The notes under the pieces were generated by a model. That model searched no databases and was not told where the DNA came from. It saw only the letters and a program-made list of their open reading frames with translations. Source: Podarcis gaigeae (Eukaryota). Taken from it: DNA of 64,000 nt. The first letter of the stretch is position 1. Every line of letters begins with the position of its first letter. This document shows, one piece after another, positions 12,771 through 26,449 of this stretch. The position numbers and the translations under genes are program-made. The stretch is from the NCBI GenBank assembly GCA_964106915.2, contig OZ066914.1. One strand, given 5' to 3'.

Positions 12771-15700
12771 TAGTGAGGCTCTCTGGGGCCATAGCTGGAG
12801 AAAGTCTGTGCCCCTCCACCTGGGCTCGTTATAGTGAAGCTGATTTACTGCAGCTCTCTGATGAGAACTGCTCTTTCTTGCATGTTATCAGGCGTAATAT
12901 GTTGGGTTCAGGAGAAGAACTTTCTCTCCAGGGGGGCATGAATATTTTGGTTTGTGGGGCACAAATGTTTTCGCTGTGGAGCATGAATATTTTGGTTTGT
13001 GAATGGCATCCAACAGAATAAAGAAAAGGAGTATTTTGGTGAGTTAGGGATTCTTTCGTGCCATCGCCATCCCTACCATCACCATCCATCATTGTGTCAT
13101 TTTCTACATTACTTGTAATGCCCTTCATGAATAGTATTGGATTATTCTTTACAACAGTCCTATAAGGTAGGTTATTAATATCCCTCCTTTTTTGTAGATG
13201 ATAATCTGAGATTGAGAAATTGTGGCTTTCTCTGGCTTTCCAGTGAATCTATGACTGACTAGGGATTTTAACTGAGTGCTAACAGGACTGTACTAACACT
13301 CATATTCCATGAAGCATTATCTGTTCATGCAGGACTTTTTAAACTTTAATACAGCTTTTACTGAATTGTTTCCCAGTTTAACAGGCTAGAATATTTTGGC
13401 ACAGCTAGGTTTTAGAATGTTTGCCCCTCATGAAAGCTAGGAATGTGGTTTGGATTTTCCAAGTAGAAGTTCTCCAAGTAGATGCATACTTGAATTTGTT
13501 GCATCACTGTTGTGTGAACATCTGGAGTCCAACTGATGTAGAAGCATGTAATAATACTGTTGCCTGCAGTGGAGGGACGGTGAATATTTCTGCAAGCTGA
13601 GAATGTGGCTTAGTTTCAGCAAAGGGTAATCTTTGAAAACAATATTTTAAGAGCTCCACGGAAGAATGCTTCATAAGAATCTAATCAGAATCAGCGGGAG
13701 TCCTTTTTACGAACTTGTGGCATTGGCATCTGACCCTTAGTGAGAAGCCTTTTTGTTTTGGGGATCTGGTTGGCTCTCGATGGAAAGGAATCGTTTGATG
13801 AATGCAGCAGCTGCAAACCGGAAGACCTGAGAAACCCTTGGGAAGCAGCCTTAAGCAGAGATGAATCGCTTGTCAGCTTCTTACTCTGCTCTTTGGGGGA
13901 CCTCTAGGTCTCTTATAACCCCTGCTGCATCAGGCCAGCTTCTTCCTTTGGCAAGTGGGAGCAAGAAGGGGGTGAAAGAAACAGCTGCTGTTCTGCTGCT
14001 GTTTAGAATACCCAGGCAAGGAGGAGGAAAGCAACTCATGCTTCACTCTCCCTTGGGCCTTGTAAATTACAAGGTCAGCAATGGAGACCTTCTAGGAGAG
14101 CAAGATTGCTGGCTGGAGTGGTGGAAGACAGAGGGGATGGTACATGTCATATGGGCAAGGAAGGTGGCTCTAGAAATGGGAGCTTTGATTTAAAAATAAA
14201 AAAGGGAAATCAGCAAACATGCAGGAGATGATGCACTCAGGCAATTGAGTTAAAGGGAACCTACAGCCAGTTAAAAGGCTATAAAAGCCTTTTGGCTTGC
14301 TTGGTCAAAACAGGAATGGAGATGGCAGGGGTGGGAGATGAAATTCTGGCCATGTAGCTTCTCTAGCTTGTGTAACCTTTTCTAAGGTAACACTACCCTC
14401 TGAGCACACCAGACCTGCTGTAATTATTCCTCATAACTGCAGGGTGAATATGAGCCAGCTGGGCTCCAGGATTTCACTGCTCAGTGCAGCCAACAAGCAA
14501 ATTGCGATCATCTATCAAGGAAGAATGGATGGCGACTTCCCCCTTTTACATATGGGGGGGGGGGATAGCTCTCTGGATGTGGGGATAAAGAAGGCCCAGG
14601 GGCTGTTGTGTAGCCTCTAATATATCTGAGGTCCAGAGGGGAATATAACGGATGTGTTTTGGCAGACAGCATTTACACTATTCAGAGGGATTTCATCACA
14701 GAAATAGATCAATTAATTGCATATAACTCCAGCGACCGTGAATTCCACAAGAGAGCAATAGGGTTGTTTCCAAGCTAGCTGCACCCTCAGTCTCTTTGGT
14801 ATTACAAGCTGTCTACCAAATACCTGACTTTGCTCCCACAAACTCCTGTGTTCTCCCCCCCTCTGAAAAAAATATTATTTGGGGGCTGAATAACTTGCCT
14901 CCTTTGCTTGTGTTATTGTATTTCTCCATTTCACTACATGTGAAATAGGGTTGTAGATGCCTCCCTCAGTCTCATGAAAGAGATTTTGGGAGGTCGGATG
15001 CAGTTAATAGGCTGTTGTGTGCCAACAGCTCTACAAGGGCTTAGCAATTTTTTGGCAGGCGGCTCAAAAGTTATATGGCTCACCCCACCCCCACCCCCTT
15101 CAAAACATGGCTTCAAAACTTTGAGAGCAGAGTCTCCTTTAGAAATGGGAAGAAGGTCATTCTGCTCACAAAGTCCCCCTTGTTGCAAGTTTAATCCTCA
15201 AGCTGTAGGGTAGGTTGCTGGGGTTTTTTGGTATTGTTATCTGCCTTCCTCACAAGCGTCTTGCAAGATGGGAAAGAATGTCAGAGCAAACAGGCCGTGG
15301 CTGTTCTGTGTTAACTTTGGGCAAAGGCAAGACAATGTAGCACAACAGGCCGGCCTTCTGTGTATCTCAGTGTAGCATTTGTGTGTGGGGGGGGGGGGAT
15401 CACATTTCAAGCTCTCATTGTAAAAGAGAAAAGTTTCAAAAATGTGCAGATCAAAATGCACTAAAATTTTTGTAGCCATGGAAATAGAGAGGTGAAGATT
15501 GAGGCTCTTACTCTCTAGCCTTCCTTCAATCACCATGGCTCAAGCCTTAGTTTCTTCCTTGTCCTGTCCTGCCATGGCCCTTATCAAAGTATCCCATATT
15601 CTGTTGAAACCCAAATTGCATATATCCTACTAATTTTCAAACAATAGGGCATATCTCCACAGGTGGCATCTTGGTTTTTCACTTTCTATCTCTTGTGTAT

Positions 15701-18700
15701 TTGACCTTCTCATTTCTCATTGGACCTTATTTAGTCCTCATTGGTTTTCTGCCCATCCAGCATGTCTTTGGTTCAGTGCTTCAGGAGTAATCTGCCTGCA
15801 AACAGGACTAACATGCCAGGGCCGTCAGAGGGCCAGCTGACCAGACCTGGAGCAAAAGGAATGTTCTCTGCTCCAAGGTGTCCAATGTCAGTTGCTGAGG
15901 TTGGAAGCTGAAGCCTGAAGTGCAGCACACAGAGGATACTTTGCTAACCAGGCAAGAGTCAACTAAGTCCAAGCTCCCATTATTTATGCCAGAGCTGGCC
16001 ATTCCCAGATGTGTCATACTGCCCACTACTTCCAGGGGCTGATGTTGCAGATCACCACTCTCTTCCTTGATCTGAGGTCTGAGCGCACACAGTTGCAGCC
16101 ACCTGACCAAGCCAGGCTGCAGGTAGAGACCAGGCCAGGTGATAAGGTGGGGAATCAGGCCCTGGGGTCCCTGACACAGCACTGGCAAATGGTCCTCCTA
16201 TGGCTTTTGGTAAAACTTCTGTGAACATTTCTGCTTTTAAGCAAATTTCCAAGTGAGCAAGAACAGGGAAAATACAAGACTAAATAAGAACAAGCAATAT
16301 GAATGATAGGGAGAGTGGTATAAAGTATGCTGGGCATTAGTTATGCGTGAAGTTCCTCATTGACAATCTTTGCAGCAAATTCTTATTGCTGGCTGTCTAC
16401 CATGTAGTTGCATTAGCAATACATGCTGCCTTTTTTTTTTAATAAAAAGGATCAGAATCTATGGGGTGCTTCTGAAGAGGTTGCAGAAGAGTGTGTGCTA
16501 CCCTGGTTGTCTATGTTTCCTTCCCTTTCCCCCATTTCTGAGTGCCAGCCCAAACAAAATTATTGTACAACAGCATTCAAGGGAAAGGGGGAAGCCACTG
16601 AGAATGCCTTTTTATGTGCCCTTGTTGGTCCACCTAGGAGCATGGATAGTAGTGAGATGGCAGCATGCGGCAGCTTCTGAAGCACCTGTTGCCTATTTTT
16701 TATATGGCACCATTGCTAGGAAACCTGACCTTCACTTGTCACTGTGATATTAAAGAGCTGAAATTTGACAAATCTTCACACCCTTGCCCCAAAGGACAAG
16801 AAAAATGAGGAAAATCCTGATATTAGATTGATTAAGGGGAGAGGAATCAGAGGTGCAGCTGGCACCTTCAGTAGACAGCTCTTGTTGTATGCTGAAGATG
16901 CATCTCTTGCCTTCGCCTTTGACACCTGAGATGTGTGTTGTTGGGTGGCATTAATAACAGTAATACAATGGAATAATACAATGCTGTGCATGACTATCAG
17001 CACAGGGAGAGGTTCAGCAGAGGGCACTTTGCAGCCGACCACCTTAAACCTAGAGCTCACTGTGCCCCAGATGGCATCTTGTGTTTATGCAATGGGTTGA
17101 AGACAAAGAACAGAGAACTTGCCTGTGGAGGGCAAAGGGTCAAGGTTTGGGTTTTGACAGAAATGTTGAAAAAGGTTTCTAAGGGAGAAACCCAGAAATG
17201 GGTTATTGTGGAGATGAGTTTCTTATTCTCTCATTATGTGTTTTGTTGGGGGGGAAAGTGTGGACATTTCAAAAAAAGACTAGTTCTGGAACTCATCTGT
17301 GTGAATGTAATGCCAGGCATATGATCTGCAAGCCTTCGTTCTAAGTATTTTGTGGGGCAGGGGGCTGCCGATATGCTACAGCTGTTCTCTGGCAAAGGAA
17401 ATGCATTGTGCTCATGGTTAGAGGCAGTTTCTTTGCAAATTCTGGGACAGCCCAAACACATTTTAGGTTTTATTGGGATGGCTTTTCTGTGCCCAAGAGA
17501 AATGTGTGTGTGCACTTCCCTCACCTCGTGGGAAGAAGCGGCCTCGGGAGAGCACGTAGCTTGAAGGAAAGAAAACACACATAGGCAAAGTTAAGACGGC
17601 CTATGGGATTTTGGGGTTAAAAAACCCCCTCTTGCACACACCCTGCCTTAAAGTCACAATAGTCTTGGCACCAACAGAAGGGGCTAGGCAGCAAGAGGAA
17701 TTTGGAGACTGTGAGCCACAAAGCCCAAGAAGTGGCACGGAACCTGAGGTGGAGATGCAGAATTTTAGGTACGGAATGAAACTTTGGTGGTGAATCATAC
17801 CATTATTTATTAAGATTTTTCATTATTAATAACAATAAATAATAATAAAGAATGAAGAAGAATTAGAAATAAAATTAGAACAAGTCATTTGAAGTGTTAA
17901 CATAGCTATCAAAAAGAAAATAGGCTTATTAAATTGAATGATACATCCCTAGCTCAAATTCTCCACACAAGTTCTCTACACAAAAGTCTGTCTTTTCAGC
18001 AGTTGCTCCACAGGCATGGTGATTCTCTCCCCAAATAGGTCTTTCTATCTTTTTTTCTTTGCCAGTTTTTCAAGAGGAACGTAAAGGCCTTTTCTTTATT
18101 ATAACCCCCCTAAGCATTTTGGGAATAGAGTATTTTAGCTGCCTGTTGTTTGACACTTCTGCTTTTGTAGTTAATCTGCTGGTACTCATTGTTTTAAGTT
18201 ATTTTGCTGCTAGCTTCTTTTTGCAGTTCTTCTGCTTGTGGTTTATTGCTAATTTTATGTTGTATTTCATATGTTTTTATTATTGCCTAATTAACAGGAA
18301 AAAACAAGGTAGATAGATGACGACAGTGGCAACAGCATTAATGATAAACTATTTTAACTAATTCAAAAGGTGGGACTTGAGCCTGATGTACACTTGAGAG
18401 GTTGCAAAGCCTGCATCATGCACTGGGATGAGCAGTTTTTGAGGTAAGGTGAGGTAGGGGGCTCCGTGTTTGCATACTTTCTCCCATAGAAGTCAGTGGC
18501 AGCTATTGACTTTTACGTGGAAGAAAAGAAACAAATTCTGGTCAATAAAACTGGGGTCAGGTGACATAGAATCCACTCTTGAAAGCAGAGAGTGAAGGTA
18601 ACGGGGAAACTTAATAGAACTGTTGCCCAGCCTCCCTGCAGATAGTACAGTGCATCTCTTTGCAGAGGGTGCTGAGATGGACTGTCCCTCATAGTAGCCC

Positions 18701-18882
18701 AGTAAACATGTACTTTCGCTTCAGAATAAAGCCTCCCTCACACATTAAGTCACGTTAAGGGAATCCACCCATTGAGGTGTCTCTGACCCAACCCCAACAT
18801 AGAGCAGCTGCTAATCCCCATGTACCCCAGCAATTATTACATATGGCCTTTTGTTATAAATCTGTATACATCTATGTCCCTT

Positions 18883-19039
18883 GAGAGATAGCTCAGCCGG
18901 TAGAGCATGAGACTCTTAATCACAGGGCCGTGGGTTCAAGCCCCACATTGGGCAAAAGATTCCTGTGTTTCAGGGGTTTGAACTTAGATGGCCCTCACGG
19001 TCCCTTCCAACTCTGCAATTCTATGATGATTCGATGATC
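18883..19039 (+). mobile_element. tRNA-Lys(CTT)-derived SINE with CR1-derived 3' tail
   Basis: Head tagctcagccggtagagcatgagactcttaatcacagggccgtgggttcaagccccacattgggc (A and B boxes; CTT anticodon at 18915-18917) is fused to the CR1 tail gtcccttccaactctgcaattctatga. Confidence 0.85.
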
Positions 19040-19892
19040 TTTAAAAATGTCAGTATTCTCGAAGCATTTGATTAGGGAAATGTAAAAGTACTTTTCATTT
19101 CTGTTATTTTCAGAATGGTATAATACATCTTAAATTGAGTTGGTAGTCATTGGATTGGTTTGCATTTGATGCCAAATCATGGTCTGGCTACCTTCAGGTT
19201 GCACACGCCCTCTGATTCTCCCCCCACCCATGCTCCTCTCATCTGTACCAATTTCCCCCACCCCTGGATCCAACTGGGCTGGCTGTGGTTAATCTGCAAG
19301 TCAGAATTAGAAACTACAGTTGTCATCAGGACTGCAGATGGGATGATAGTAGATACTTTAAGTGTATCTGCAGCGCCCCCGCCCCCAAGAATTACTGCTC
19401 CTTTTTGCAGATCATGAGCTGCGAAATTGGAGATACCATTTTGGTTTCAGACCTACTGAGACATACATTTGGATAAACAATAGTGTTCCATTAAAGCAGA
19501 CATGTCAATTAGAAGTCCTAAGAGGTGGTAGTAAAAATAGTGAAGGGTAACTTATTACACTGTGTAGACAAGCATTAAATGAGCCTTGAGTCCAATTCAA
19601 TCATCTCTGGAGCCTGTTATATTTCACAAAGTTTTCTGCTTTGTGTTATGGCAAGGTGCTTTAGAAACAATTCTTTTGTTTTGCTGATGTATCCTTTTAA
19701 GGATAATTGCATACAAGATTTAAAAGACCTTTGACAGAAGTTGGGAATCCTCTGATAATATCACCAAATTCAATAGGCTGGATTCAACTTACAAGTGGAA
19801 ACCTGTGCAGGAACTTCTGCTATGGCAATGGGGCTTTCCTGCCCTTGACCCCACTCCCCAATTGGCTCTGGGACATCTTGGAGAGAGGAAAA

Positions 19893-20230
19893 GGCTAAGG
19901 AGTAAACCCTACACAAATCTGGAGTGGAGTCCCTAGGACGGTTGGATGGTGCCTTGTACGCCTCCTTCCGGCAACTCCTGCGGCCAAGCTGGTGCCAAAT
20001 GTATTGCTCTGCTTTCCTTTGGACCACATCACTGAGGCCTGGACAGCCCAGCACCTCCATATACACTGCTCAGGCTTGTGCCCCAGGAAGGACACCAGTT
20101 CTTCTAACACAGCAAAAACAATGCAGGAGGCAGCATTTACCAGTCTCTGCAGCTACAGCAGGCATTGTTATTCTCCACTGGTTTGATTTCACCCCTGGAA
20201 GTGCACTCCATTGTCAACTGGTTTGTCTCA
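19893..20230 (-). mobile_element. RTE-derived interspersed repeat (5' region or non-autonomous element)
   Basis: gctaaggagtaaaccctacacaaatctggagtggagtccctagg...ttcacccctggaagtgcactccattgtc resembles, from recall, a common squamate RTE-related repeat. Confidence 0.45.
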
Positions 20231-23200
20231 GTGGGAGCTAAGATGACCAAGAAAGGCATAGGCGACGGGCAGAAATTACCAGTACTTAGTCTTCTTCCTC
20301 TGACTATGGCAGGAAGAGAAGTGAGTAAACTAGTATCTGATAAAAATAAAATAAAATTATGAGACTTAAAGTTTTGAGCCAGGCAGATCAGAAGACAGAA
20401 AATTGAACTGGAGATCTGGAACATCTCAGGATGCAGCCTGCTCCACTGAAGCTGATGTGGAGACAGATGAATGTTGAGTGTCTGTTGGAGTTGTTAAGCA
20501 GAACTCTTCCATCTATGCTCACCATGTATAGCTGAAAATGAATACAAACATTACAAAATGTCTTAAGCCCCAGTGACTTCATGCCAAAGAAACACAAAAA
20601 TGGGTAACTGCTCGCACCTGAAATTTCACATCGCTCAGAGAACTGGGACATTTGGGCAAGTGCAGCAATTTAATCTGAAGTCAATGAAAAAGTTGCATGC
20701 TGAATACACAGTGCAAATAATGTATTGGTAATTTGTTCATCTTAACCCATGATTTAAATGCCTGGTTAATTAAAGGAATAAGTCTATACATTGAAACAGG
20801 CAGCAAAGGGTTGACGTTGGGTTAGAAAGGAAAGTTTTCTTTAGAAGATTCTTGTAGCATAGGTCTTGGAATAGCTTGTTTTCATCCTTCACCCCAATTT
20901 ATTTATTGTTTTAATAAAATGGACTCTTGTGCACCATAACAGTAGTTTGAAGAATGCTTTCATCTATGGGCAAAGAGTTAAGCCAGATATTCTGAAATCT
21001 ACAGCCCAATAACTACAAATGTCAGCATGAGCTAGACTTGTTCATTTAGGAGAGAGAGAAAATCCTTAACAGGTGTCTTGGATGATGTGTAGTTTTCCAG
21101 TTCTTACAGTCCTTATAACCTCTCATTTCCTCAGGTTTATAATCTAGGCTTTGAAGAAGAGCTAGCCAGTCAAAAGCTCCATAAAAATTTCATGCAGAAG
21201 ATGCAGAAGTGCTTAGTGCAGGCTTCAGTAAAGATGGAAGGTTGAAGGAGGTACTCCATACTTTGCAGGATCAGAGCCATGCTTACTGCATGTAAATGTC
21301 ATTTGGATATAAACCTTAGTGGTAAAATAAATGTTTGGAATCCTCCAGAGGGATATAGATAGAAGTCTGTTTACCAAAAGCACTCAGAATCTATAGCTCC
21401 ATTGACTCTTTCAGAACAGAGCAATTCTAAAGATCCAAGAAAATGGCTAAAATTAAGGCAAGAGAAACAAGCTGATCATTAAGGTAGTGTTGATGTCTGT
21501 CAGTCCATGGAACCGCTGGTGTTTGTTATAACAGAGAAATAAATGAAATAACCTGCCTTGTGCACTGATAAGAGCAATATAAGGAATGTCAGCAGGAGCA
21601 TGTGGTGGGCTAGACAGTTTCTGTATCTTCATAGCTCTCACTGCCAGAAGGGACTATTATGGTCAATTATTTTGACCTTCTGCATGGCACAGGTCAGAAG
21701 ATTTTCTGTCAGTAATTCCTGCAGCAAGCCCATAGGGCTCTTCTCTCTCTTGCAGCTCTGATTTTATAGCAGGGAAGAGATGGAGAGAAATGGAAAAAAA
21801 TGCAAGCACAACATTTTTCAAAGGCACAGAAAGAGAGTGACAAAGGAGGCAGTGCCCATTGCATTTGTGGCTTATGCACAGGGGTCTGTGGAATAGATAG
21901 AGGCAGAGTGTATAGCAAAATGAGCACTTTGGTGAGTGATGAACGTGTTTCAGATTTCTGCTCCATCCTTTTCTCTCATGGAGGGCAGCCTGAAAAACTA
22001 AAGTAAGTGTCTATTTATATATTTGTTGGAATGTATCCACTCCCTCCTTTTCTACTGTGCTAGAGTACAGTCCAGTTTTTCAAAGTCTTGCAATCCTCCC
22101 ACTGCCCTAATCCTATTCAGGCACTTGCTTCCTATGTTAAATCAACATGTGATGGGAGAGAATGGGGATAAAGTGCACCAACTCTGTCCTGCGGTAGTTA
22201 TTGGCAGCACTGTGCTGCTTACCTGACCCCCTATCACTGTCATCACTGTGATGTACCAGGAAGGGTGAGGAGCAAGGTAGTGATGAGGTCAGCATGGTGC
22301 AAGCATACCAACAGCAGCACCAGATAGATTCTGTAAGTGCATACGCATAATGCCCATCTCAAAGCCACCTTACTCCCTCCCTTCCTGAAATGCCGCAGTG
22401 ACAGCAGTGATCAGGGGTCAGGCAAGCATCTCTCCCTTGCCCTGATGACTGCCACTGCTGCCCTGGTCACCCTCCAGAAGCTGGAAGGTGATTGTCTGCA
22501 ACAGGGAGCCTGGTGTGCTCATGTAAGTGCCACACACAATGTTAAACCCTGACAGTCTCCTTCTAACTCATAGAGGATAATGGGGATGGGGACAGAGAAA
22601 GCAGAGTTCAACGAATGCCTAAATATGGATCCTGACTGTGCATAATACTCGCTGGACTTGCTTGCAGAATAAGTTGCAATAGATAGTAAGTTAAATGGTG
22701 ACTGAGGTGTGCACTATTTGCATTGAAATGCCCTTAGGCATCCTAATGATAAGACAGGATGAGAAGTACAGAATGGATACAAAGCTAAATTGCCCCCTAG
22801 CTGTTAAGTATTTCATAAATCAAAGCCAGCTGCCTGAAGTGTGTCTGGGATCCCATAGAGAAACAGTGCAAGTTCTCACTGGTGTAATATGCTCCTGCTG
22901 CCTAGTTTCATCAAGGGATGGCTTCGCTCTGCAGCAGTTAGCGCTCTCTGACGATTATCAAGGGCAGCCGTGTGCTGAGTGTATTACATTGTACCGTGAC
23001 AAAAAGAAGGTATGAACCATGCCACCAGATCTATCTCCAGCTTTCTGACCAGGTGGACCTGGTGAAAAGCATGTCTGACCAATGCCATAGGTTAACCCTC
23101 CAGACTGAGCAACAGGCCTAGGAGCACCCCAGCACTACAGCCTTGAATGACAATATGAAATCTTCACTACTGTCTCTTTTCCCCCTCCATTGGGGGGGGG

Positions 23201-24799
23201 GGGGGAAGCTTGCATACTTCTAGACCAGTAGAAGGTTATCTAAATCAAAAACAACAGCTACGACTACATCTTATTTTTTATCTTTTGGGAAACCTGACAG
23301 TGGTATTGAAAAGTGGAAGCATTGTCCCAATTTACTATAGACAATCCTAAGACTGATTTAACTAAACTTCAAGTGACAGCTTGTGTGGGGGAATCACAGA
23401 TTGATCACTACAGATAACACCTTTTCATTTCGTGTGATTTCATCTCAAACACAATACGTTTCAATGACCACAGATTAATCAAAAGTTGATTAAAGTGGAA
23501 TAAAGTGATAAGAAACTGCATAAGTGGAGATCAAGTGCTGTGCATGGCTATTTACTTGATACAGCCCCTGGTGCTGTGTAAGCTCTGGCAATGTATATTA
23601 ATTGAGAAGTACCTTAGTTTACTCCAGGCAGTACTGAGACCACAACAGCAATTTCTGTGAAGAACTTTGGCCTACTAACATCACTGGGGCTACATGTTTG
23701 CTCAAGCAAAATTAATTGGGGCCTCAGTTGCAAATACAACTAGAGGCTGTCTCTTGAAGAAGAACAAACCTGTTTTGTGTTAACATAAGTTCAGAGTATT
23801 GTAGCTGAGAGGTAGCCAACATGCCGAAGGCTATAAGATCCCCAGAGTTTGCTCTTGGAACTTTAAATAATTTAAGAACTTAAAATAAATTTAAAAAAAT
23901 AAAATGATGTCTAATAGCTAAAATATTGCCTTAAATAGGCCCTAAAGTATAGGACATTAAGTTCAATAGGTTCCTAAAACCCTAGTGCTGTGAGCTGCCT
24001 TTGCATCAGCACAGCAGCAACATATGGGATGAGGTTTAAGAGTGCCGGGGCCAGAGAAATGTTCTATGATGGCAGCCTTTACCTTCATATCCTGAGCAGC
24101 TCCAGGCTGGATTTTTGTCCTAAACCTGCAGTTTTATAAGATTTTTGGACGGGGTGGTTGTGGTGGTATCTGGTACAAAAGCACAGAGGTCCCCTGTTGT
24201 TTGTCGAATCTCAACACTAAGAGGTTAGATATATTTTTAAAGCCCCAATCCTGGCTTTTTTAGGAAGAAGGTTCTTACCTAGCTTTCTCCCAAAGTGATA
24301 TAATTCCATGTAATATGATGCTGATGGTCATGTATTTCAGCTTTCAGTGAAAGTGTTTTGCTGATGGTCGGGATCTGCCTCCTGAAGACCAGAAAGTAGT
24401 TCCCCCCCCAGGTCTGCTTGAGTTGCAGCTCTATGGGAGGGTATTGGTGGAGCATGGAGTAGTGCTTTTCCCTGCAGTATTTTTTTGCCTTGCTTGTGCA
24501 AGCCATATGAAGCTGCTTGCTTAAACATGCACCTTTCTTCATGCATCTGGTTCTGACTGCATGATGATAGATAATTTCATGGGTTACATAGTTTGATATA
24601 TGTGGGACAGTTGGGTTCTCCTATGGGTTTTTTGGTTGCTTCCACTATTATAGGTCCATTCAGGGCGAAAGTAAACTTGGCATTAAACTCATTAAATTTC
24701 AAGTGCAAATAATAGCTTCAGAGCAGAGAGATTTTCTTTACGACTGCAAGAAAGAATGAGATGGTTCAGTTCCTCCTGACTGCCTGCTACAATCTTGAT

Positions 24800-25150
24800 A
24801 ATAAGGTTTAGGGGAGCTTTTAATGTTTGATGTATTTCAGTATTTTAATACAGTGGTACTTCGGGTTAAGTACTTAATTCGTTCCGGAGGTCCGTTCTTA
24901 ACCTGAAACTGTTCTTAACCTGAAGACCACTTTAGCTAATGGGGCCTCCTGCTGTTGCCGCACCGCCGGAGCACGATTTCTGTTCTCATCCTGAAGCAAA
25001 GTTCTTAACCCGAGGTACTATTTCTGGGTTAGCGGAGTCTGTAACCTGAAGCGTATGTAACCTGAAGCGTATGTAACCTGAGGTACCACTGTATTTTGTT
25101 GGAAGCTGCCCAGAGTGGCTGGGGAAGCCCAGCCAGATGGGCAGGGTATA

Positions 25151-25186
<36 letters not shown>

Positions 25187-25230
25187 TAATATTATATTAT
25201 TATCATTATCATCATCATCATTATCATCAC
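24800..25230 (+). mobile_element. L2 3' end split by the MITE, ending in an (AAT)n/(ATC)n tail
   Basis: ggagcttttaatgtttgatg...[MITE]...gaagctgcccagagtggctggggaagcccagccagatgggcagggtataaataat; same tail as at 38255-38310. Confidence 0.75.
24851..25091. mobile_element. Tc1/mariner-superfamily (pogo/Tigger-like) MITE
   Basis: TA|cagtggtacttcgggtta ... taacctgaggtaccactg|TA gives terminal inverted repeats and a TA target duplication. Internal tandem gtaacctgaagcgtat repeats. Confidence 0.9.
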
Positions 25231-26449
25231 ACACACCACTGATGCTTAAAAACAACAACCCTGCATGTTAAATGCAGAAACACAATTAACATGAGGTTTG
25301 GCTGCCACACTCATGTGCTTCCAATTGTTTCTCAACTCATAACATCCCATTCTCAAAGTCACTTAGGTCTAGTGAACATGGAACAATAATGCTGTGAATG
25401 CCATTCTGAATCATTCCATGTGGCAGTTCTTGCCATGTGTCAAGCTTTTTGAGTGCAGCAGCTCCACAATGATGTGGACAAATTCCTCTCTCCACCACCT
25501 GGTAAAGATCCACATGGTAATTTGCAGCACACACAACTTGCCACATAAATTGGCAGCGTGGAGAGCAATTTAAAACAGCCCCCATGTCTCAGCCCCCAGC
25601 AGAGACTGGGGTCTGAGTGCTATGCCTTATGCCATTGGGATCTCAGAAGAACCCTTAAGTGATCTAATGCAAGGACCAGAGGCATTGACTAGGCAAATCA
25701 CAAACTCCTTGATCTAACTGACAGTCCTGCAATCACCCTATCCTTTTGACCTCTAGTGCCGCTGTCCATGGTAGTGGCTGCAAATCTTTTGACTCTGATC
25801 AGCACTGATCCGCCAACACTCTTCAGGGACAACCACAAAAATCAAGGAGTCAGTGTGGGTACCATGTAGCAGGAAAATGCACAGAACTTTGTGAAATATA
25901 AGCCCCCTTCATGCCTACGAAAACCCCACGTGTCCCAAACTGGAGGAAAATTAGGAGAAAGGGCTGAAGAGTCTATCATCAGCTGATGGGCAGAGATATA
26001 AGTCACAACGGGCCTTGAAACTGGTAGTTGGAGAGTAATGAATTATGAGAGCAAGCCAAGAGAGGATTTTGAAAGAGTAAATGAGTAAGCGGTCTACGTG
26101 GATTCATCTTGAAGAGCAGGAGAGACAAATTAGTTTTAACACATAATTTCTGGGTATATTTCAGAAAAGAGGGAAGTTTGGTTATTTGCACAGCAAGCTA
26201 GCATTTAGAACACTAATTGCAACAGAGCTCTAAGATCTATTCTGTGTACAGTGGGGAAGCTATTTCCACCTGGTGTTTCTTATGTTGGTGAATTTCAGTA
26301 AATATATATGTGGTTATTGCCATGCCTGTAATAAACAGAAGCAATGGTGTATTCCTACCATTTCAGACTAGTACTCTGTGTAACACAGAACTAGCCCGTG
26401 GCATTCATTTGCACAGTATGTAGCAATGAGGACAACTACAGATAACGTT

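Noticed and set aside
18883-18953. Functional tRNA-Lys(CTT) gene
   Set aside because: The acceptor stem is disrupted, the anticodon stem is mismatched, and it is fused directly to a CR1 tail, so it is a SINE.
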